A stretch of 42,357 nt of DNA, from positions 1 to 42,357 of the forward strand of contig DIPE01000027.1 of the NCBI GenBank assembly GCA_002427015.1, written 5' to 3'. The position numbers and the translations under genes were made by a program. Positions 37,636-42,357 of this stretch are shown here, in pieces (position 1 is the first letter of the stretch; each line of letters begins with the position of its first letter). Below the pieces are notes generated by a model. The model did no database searches and had not been told where the DNA came from. It saw only the letters and a list, made by a program, of their open reading frames with translations. Origin of the DNA: Firmicutes bacterium UBA5496 (GTDB taxonomy: Bacteria > Bacillota > Proteinivoracia > UBA4975).

Positions 37636-39052
37636 TTTCCCCGGCATTCTGAAGCCTGTGCTTGTGGGGATACTGGGTGCGCTGCTGTTAGTCTCGGTCT
37701 TATCATCTTGGGACATTACTGTCCGTGCCCTGGATTTTACCCTGAGTTTGGGCATTTTGGGTTGGGGTTATACTGAGCTTGCCATACCCCCTTTAGGCAC
37801 AATCAGGGCAAAAACCCATCAGACTCCCTTAAAGTTCGGCATCAGTTTAAAGGATATCAACCTGGAAAGATTAAAAACCATGATTGCCATGGAACCTGAA
37901 GGCATTTATTCGGAGCTGGTAGCTTCTTTCCGCTCTCAGATCAGCTTGTATTTAGCGCGGATATTGGGTCTGGCCTTTTTAGGGGGACTTGGCAGCGGTT
38001 TTATCCTGTTTAGAAGACTGAAGCAGTCCTTGCTGGCAGGCCTGGCAGGGCTTATTGTCTTTGCCCTCCTAATCGGCGCCTCTATATATACTTATAATGA
38101 GCAGGCCTTTAGAGAACCAGAATTTAAAGGCATAGTGGAAGCAGCGCCCTGGCTATTAGGGGTGGCGGATAACGCTTTGGCGGAGGTAGAGAAGCTGGAG
38201 GACAAGCTCAAAGTCATCGCCACCAATCTAACGCGTATGTTTGAGTCCCTCAGCCTGGTGGGCGGCGAAGAGACATTATTTGAAGGCGAACTGAAAATCC
38301 TCCATGTCTCGGACATACATAATAATCCCCTGGGGGTTTCTTTGGCTACACAGACGGCAGCTGCTTTTAAGGCAAATATAATTATTGACACCGGGGATGC
38401 CACGGATTTTGGCACCCCCATTGAGGGGGAATTGGTGCGCAACATCAGCGAAAGCGGGTTTCCCTGGGTCTTTGTGCCGGGAAACCATGATTCTCCTGGG
38501 GTGGTGCAAGTGCTGAAAGAGCTGGAAAATATCACTGTGCTGGAAGCAGGCGTGGCCACCTTTGAGGAGTGGGACCTGACCATTGCCGGGATTGCCGACC
38601 CGGCAGCAGGAGGCGCCGCCATGCGCGTGCCCTCCCGGGAAGAATACAAGGCGGCCGCGGCCCAGCTGCAGAATATTATCAGCCAGTCGGAGCGGAAACC
38701 CTCCATTATCATCGCCCACCATCTCTTTATTGTTGAGGAATTTAGCCAGTGGCCGGTTGCTTTGCTCCACGGCCATAGCCACATGGTCAATATTCGCCAC
38801 TTGGGTCAGGCAGTATTAATTGATGCCGGCACAACAGGAGGCGCAGGCATCAGAGGGCTTATGTCCACCGAACAGATTCCCTATACCATGGTTCTGCTGC
38901 ATATGAAAAGGCAGGGGGAAGGCTGGCAGGCAACCGCCGCCGATATCATCACCATCAACCAGCGGAATGCCGGTTTTATTCTTGAACGCAAGCTGCTGGC
39001 TCAGCCCATGGAACTTCAGGCAGAAGATTCAGAAGAGAGTCCCGGGGGATAA
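37628..39052 (+). CDS. Polytopic membrane metallophosphoesterase (calcineurin-like)
   Basis: About 4 N-terminal TM segments, then MPE motifs HVSDIH, DTGDATD, PGNHD, IIAHH and HGHSH. The proposed TTG 37628 (after GAGGTGG) overlaps the pncC stop by 8 nt. The listed 37505 start would overlap pncC by 131 nt in a basic, non-protein-like frame. Confidence 0.75.
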   Translation: MPDFPGILKPVLVGILGALLLVSVLSSWDITVRALDFTLSLGILGWGYTELAIPPLGTIRAKTHQTPLKFGISLKDINLERLKTMIAMEPEGIYSELVASFRSQISLYLARILGLAFLGGLGSGFILFRRLKQSLLAGLAGLIVFALLIGASIYTYNEQAFREPEFKGIVEAAPWLLGVADNALAEVEKLEDKLKVIATNLTRMFESLSLVGGEETLFEGELKILHVSDIHNNPLGVSLATQTAAAFKANIIIDTGDATDFGTPIEGELVRNISESGFPWVFVPGNHDSPGVVQVLKELENITVLEAGVATFEEWDLTIAGIADPAAGGAAMRVPSREEYKAAAAQLQNIISQSERKPSIIIAHHLFIVEEFSQWPVALLHGHSHMVNIRHLGQAVLIDAGTTGGAGIRGLMSTEQIPYTMVLLHMKRQGEGWQATAADIITINQRNAGFILERKLLAQPMELQAEDSEESPGG

Positions 39053-39077
39053 GGGGAGGCGCATTAATTATCAGGTA

Positions 39078-39106
39078 TTGCCAGAGGCGAATAAATGTTC
39101 TATAAT
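39078..39106 (+). promoter_or_regulatory. sigA-type promoter of recA
   Basis: TTGCCA (39078-83), a 17-nt spacer, then TATAAT (39101-06), about 33 nt upstream of the recA start. Confidence 0.65.
39088..39101 (+). promoter_or_regulatory. LexA (Cheo/SOS) box in the recA promoter spacer
   Basis: cGAATaaatGTTCt matches the Gram-positive consensus CGAAC-N4-GTTCG with one mismatch in the left half-site. It abuts the -10 box. Confidence 0.55.
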
Positions 39107-39138
39107 TTAGATAAATATATTTGGGGAGGTTGGCCTTA

Positions 39139-40152
39139 TTGGAAAGACAAAAGGCTCTGGATATTGCAATTCAGCAGATTGAACGCCAGTTTGGCAAAGG
39201 TTCGATAATGAAACTGGGGGAAGATACTTCACTAAACGTCTCGGTTATCTCCAGCGGCTGCCTGGCTCTGGATATTGCCTTGGGCGCCGGCGGATTTCCC
39301 CGGGGCCGGGTTGTAGAGATCTTTGGTCCAGAGTCCTCAGGCAAGACCACTGTCGCCCTGCACGTGGTGGCTGAAGCCCAAAGGCGGGGAGGCAACGCCG
39401 CCTTTATTGATGCCGAGCATGCTTTGGATCCGGTATACGCCAAAAACCTTGGTGTAAATTTGGACGAGCTCTATGTTTCCCAGCCAGATACCGGGGAACA
39501 GGCCTTGGAAATTGCTGAAGCCCTAGTGCGCAGCGGCGCAATCGATGTGGTGGTAATCGACTCGGTGGCCGCCTTGGTTCCTAAAGCCGAGATAGAAGGG
39601 GATATGGGGGATTCCCATGTAGGCCTGCAAGCCCGCCTCATGTCTCAAGCCCTGCGCAAGCTGTCCGGGGCAATTAGCAAATCAAAGACTGTAGCAGTAT
39701 TTATCAATCAGATTAGAGAAAAAGTTGGCGTCATGTTTGGCAACCCGGAAGTCACTCCCGGGGGCCGGGCGCTAAAATTCTATTCCTCAGTGCGCCTGGA
39801 CATCCGCAGGATTGAAACCCTCAAACAGGGCAATGAGATGATTGGCAACCGGACCAGGGCCAAGGTAGTCAAGAATAAGATCGCCCCTCCTTTCAAGCAA
39901 GCTGAGTTTGACATTATGTATGGAGAGGGCATTTCCCGCGAAGGGTCAATCTTGGACACCGCCGCTGAGTTGGACATAATCAGCAAAAGCGGCGCCTGGT
40001 ACTCTCTGGAATCTGAACGGCTTGGCCAAGGGCGGGAAAACGCCAAGCAATATTTAAAGGACAATCCCGAACTCGCCGACAAAATTGAACTTAAAGTTCG
40101 CGAGCATTTCCATCTGCCTCAAATCAATTCTATAAGCGAGAAGGAAGAGTAG
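39139..40152 (+). CDS. recA: Recombinase RecA
   Basis: TTG 39139 lies 9 nt after GGGGAGG, giving [24 protein letters not shown]. Walker A is GPESSGKTT, and the L1/L2 loop regions are present. The listed TTG 39121 is an upstream alternative. Confidence 0.95.
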   Translation: MERQKALDIAIQQIERQFGKGSIMKLGEDTSLNVSVISSGCLALDIALGAGGFPRGRVVEIFGPESSGKTTVALHVVAEAQRRGGNAAFIDAEHALDPVYAKNLGVNLDELYVSQPDTGEQALEIAEALVRSGAIDVVVIDSVAALVPKAEIEGDMGDSHVGLQARLMSQALRKLSGAISKSKTVAVFINQIREKVGVMFGNPEVTPGGRALKFYSSVRLDIRRIETLKQGNEMIGNRTRAKVVKNKIAPPFKQAEFDIMYGEGISREGSILDTAAELDIISKSGAWYSLESERLGQGRENAKQYLKDNPELADKIELKVREHFHLPQINSISEKEE

Positions 40153-40596
40153 ATGGCCGGGGCCTTCTCCCGGGCTTTGAATTACCTTACAGCCCGCAGC
40201 CGGACAGTGCAGGAGACCACTGAGTATTTGCTCCGCAAAGGTTACTCCCCTGAGGACACAGCCCAAGCAGTTGCCCGCCTGCTGGAGCTGGATTTGCTCA
40301 ATGATCAAAAGGTCGCAGTACAATGGGTGGAATACTCCATGCGCTGCAAGCCCAAGGGAAGGGATCGCCTCAGCCGGGAGCTCCTTGCCCGGGGAGTTGA
40401 CAGGGAAATTATCGAAGAAGCTTTAGCGGTGTTGGACGAAGAAGCTGAGTTTGAATTAGCTTTGCAACTGCTTTCACCCCGCCCTGTCAGCCGCTGGCCC
40501 CAGGATAAATTATATCGCTTTCTCCGCTACCGAGGATTTTCTTTCCATATCATCGAACGGGTCAAGTTATATTATGAAAACTTGACAGGAGAGTAA
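40153..40596 (+). CDS. recX: RecA regulator RecX
   Basis: The ATG abuts the recA stop. It has the three-helix repeat pattern (ALNYLTARSRTVQETTEYLLRKGYSPEDTAQAV..L..LNDQ). Confidence 0.88.
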   Translation: MAGAFSRALNYLTARSRTVQETTEYLLRKGYSPEDTAQAVARLLELDLLNDQKVAVQWVEYSMRCKPKGRDRLSRELLARGVDREIIEEALAVLDEEAEFELALQLLSPRPVSRWPQDKLYRFLRYRGFSFHIIERVKLYYENLTGE

Positions 40597-40674
40597 CAAA
40601 GTATTAAAATAATAGCTGGTATTTCCACAAAATTACTCTTTTCTTCTGCCCCTGGTGGCATTGATATATAAACG

Positions 40675-40711
40675 AGGATAAGGTTGTTACAGCAGGAATT
40701 TATCCTTTTTT
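40675..40711 (+). terminator. Candidate terminator after recX / first hairpin of the rny leader
   Basis: aggataa (40675-81) pairs with ttatcct (40700-06) across an 18-nt loop, followed by TTTTT. Confidence 0.5.
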
Positions 40712-40723
40712 ATAAATTTTAAG

Positions 40724-40747
40724 AGCCAGGGGAACCTGGCTTATTTT
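40724..40747 (+). other. Second hairpin (GGAA tetraloop) 10 nt upstream of the rny RBS
   Basis: agccagg (40724-30) pairs with cctggct (40735-41) around the loop ggaa, followed by tatttta. Confidence 0.4.
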
Positions 40748-40757
40748 AGTTGAGGAG

Positions 40758-42308
40758 GTGACGATTATTTCAACACCAGTTGTACTTTTGATTGTGTTCG
40801 TGGCATCGACTCTTGCTGCCATCGGCGGATATATAGTGCGCAAATTGCTGGCCGAAGCCAAGATTGCTTCTGCCGAAGAAGCTGCCAAGAAACTCATTGC
40901 TGATGCAATAAAAGAAGCCGATTCCAAAAAACGCGAGACTATTCTTGAAGCCAAAGAGGATATCCACCGGCTGAGAACGGAATTAGATAATGAGATTAAA
41001 GAGCGCCGCCAGGAACAGCAGCGTATCGATAAACGCCTGAATCAAAAGGAAGAGACTCTGGATCGCAAGCTGGAAACCGTAGAAAAAAAAGAGGAGACCC
41101 TGCGTCTCAAAGAAACAGAATTAGAGCAAATGGAACAAAAGATTCAGGAACTGCACCAGCGACAGCTGCAAGAATTGGAACGGCTGTCCGGGCTTTCCCA
41201 GGAAGAAGCCCGGGAATTGTTGTTGCAAAATGTAAAAAAGGAAACACGTCACGAGGCCGCACAGCTGATAAAAGAAATCGAAAACCAGACCAAGCTGGAA
41301 GCCGAGAAACGGGCCCGAGAAATTATCTCTCAGTCCATTCAACGCTATGCTGCAGACCATGTGGCTGAAACAACAGTTTCCGTTGTCAGCCTGCCCAATG
41401 ACGAGATGAAGGGACGGATTATTGGCCGGGAAGGCCGCAATATCCGGGCCTTGGAAACACTGACCGGCATTGACCTGATTATTGATGATACTCCCGAGGC
41501 CGTCATCGTCTCCGGTTTTGACCCTGTGCGCAGAGAAGTAGCCCGAATCGCCCTGGAAAAACTCATTGCTGATGGGCGCATTCATCCCGGCCGCATCGAA
41601 GAAATGGTCAGCAGAGCGCAAAAAGAGGTTGAAGCCCAGATCAAAGAGGAGGGCGAGCAGGCTACCTTTGACAGCGGCATTCACGGCCTGCATCCCGAAC
41701 TAATCAAACTCCTGGGCCGGCTTAATTTCAGGACAAGTTACGGGCAGAATGTCTTAAAACATTCCTTGGAAGTTTGTCATCTTGCAGGGATGATGGCTGC
41801 GGAAATCGGCGCAGACGTCAGGCTTGCGAAAAGGGCAGGTTTGCTTCATGACATTGGCAAGGCCATTGACCATGAAGTCGAAGGCCCTCACGTTGCCATT
41901 GGCGCTGATGTGGCCAAAAAATACCGAGAGAGCCCAGCGGTTATTCATGCCATTGCCGCTCATCATGGGGATCTGGAGCCGGAAACGGTTGAAGCCGTCC
42001 TGGTTCAGGCTGCTGACGCTATTTCAGCCGCCCGCCCCGGCGCTCGCAGAGAAACCTTGGAAAACTATATCAAGCGCCTGGAAAAGCTGGAGGAAATCGC
42101 TGATTCTTTCCAGGGAGTGGAAAAATCCTATGCTATTCAGGCAGGACGGGAAATTCGCATTATCGTCAAGCCCGATCGCGTTGATGATGTCATTGCCAGT
42201 GAAATGGCTCGGGATATCGTCAAGCGCATTGAAGGCGAGATGGAATATCCCGGACAAATTAAAGTTACCGTCATTCGAGAAGTTCGCGCTGTTGAATATG
42301 CCAGGTAA
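40758..42308 (+). CDS. rny: Ribonuclease Y
   Basis: GTG follows GAGGAGG. It has an N-terminal TM anchor, a coiled-coil, a KH domain ([15 protein letters not shown]) and an HD domain ([13 protein letters not shown]). Confidence 0.93.
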   Translation: MTIISTPVVLLIVFVASTLAAIGGYIVRKLLAEAKIASAEEAAKKLIADAIKEADSKKRETILEAKEDIHRLRTELDNEIKERRQEQQRIDKRLNQKEETLDRKLETVEKKEETLRLKETELEQMEQKIQELHQRQLQELERLSGLSQEEARELLLQNVKKETRHEAAQLIKEIENQTKLEAEKRAREIISQSIQRYAADHVAETTVSVVSLPNDEMKGRIIGREGRNIRALETLTGIDLIIDDTPEAVIVSGFDPVRREVARIALEKLIADGRIHPGRIEEMVSRAQKEVEAQIKEEGEQATFDSGIHGLHPELIKLLGRLNFRTSYGQNVLKHSLEVCHLAGMMAAEIGADVRLAKRAGLLHDIGKAIDHEVEGPHVAIGADVAKKYRESPAVIHAIAAHHGDLEPETVEAVLVQAADAISAARPGARRETLENYIKRLEKLEEIADSFQGVEKSYAIQAGREIRIIVKPDRVDDVIASEMARDIVKRIEGEMEYPGQIKVTVIREVRAVEYAR

Positions 42309-42332
42309 AACCTCCGGGTTTTACCTTTTTTT
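42304..42332 (+). terminator. Rho-independent terminator after rny
   Basis: ggtaaaacc (42304-12) pairs with ggttttacc (42317-25) around the loop tccg, followed by T7. Confidence 0.75.
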
Positions 42333-42357
42333 ACTAAGTCCTACGGTAGGATGTCAA

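Noticed and set aside
38092-38790. 232-aa and 174-aa minus-strand ORFs antisense to the metallophosphoesterase gene
   Set aside because: The reasoning is the same as for the dpaA antisense ORF. The plus-strand frame carries the full set of MPE motifs, and the antisense frames have low-complexity S/A/P-rich sequence.

Overview
This window is a conserved, syntenic core-chromosome segment from an endospore-forming Firmicute (Clostridia-like; mid-range GC by eye). I call 46 CDS, 45 on the + strand and one on the - strand (30514..31527). The order is rpsB(partial)-tsf-pyrH-frr-uppS-cdsA-dxr-rseP-ispG, then GT2 and MgtC, then nusA-ylxR-ylxQ-infB-rbfA-nrnA-truB-ribF, rpsO, pnp, ylxY-ymxH, a stress protein, dpaA-dpaB-asd-dapG-dapA, rnj, tepA-ylzJ, uppP-ftsK, a P-loop gene on the - strand, ymfK-like-rodZ-rimO-pgsA, a four-gene envelope cassette, recA-recX and rny. 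From memory, this matches the B. subtilis rpsB..rny region, including the sporulation genes. I saw no rRNA, tRNA, CRISPR array, transposase, integrase or prophage signature. Most of the window is ordinary housekeeping, and I do not see a clear-cut novel defence or mobile system. Three parts are poorly understood. (1) A translationally coupled cassette at 35152..39052 holds a membrane-anchored orphan protein, an FtsH paralogue with no extracytoplasmic domain, a stand-alone PncC (CinA C-terminal domain) and a polytopic metallophosphoesterase, just upstream of a LexA-box recA promoter. (2) A divergent pair of uncharacterised P-loop proteins sits at 30514..32391: one is an internal tandem duplication with a degenerate second P-loop, the other is an ACT plus Walker-A protein. 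(3) A GT2 and an MgtC-family gene occupy the position where polC and rimP usually sit upstream of nusA. I also report several intrinsic terminators, sigma-A-type promoters, a mother-cell-sigma-like -10 element upstream of dpaA, and a 20-bp perfect palindrome that encodes the C-termini of two convergent genes. All homology statements rest on motif recognition by eye, not on database searches.
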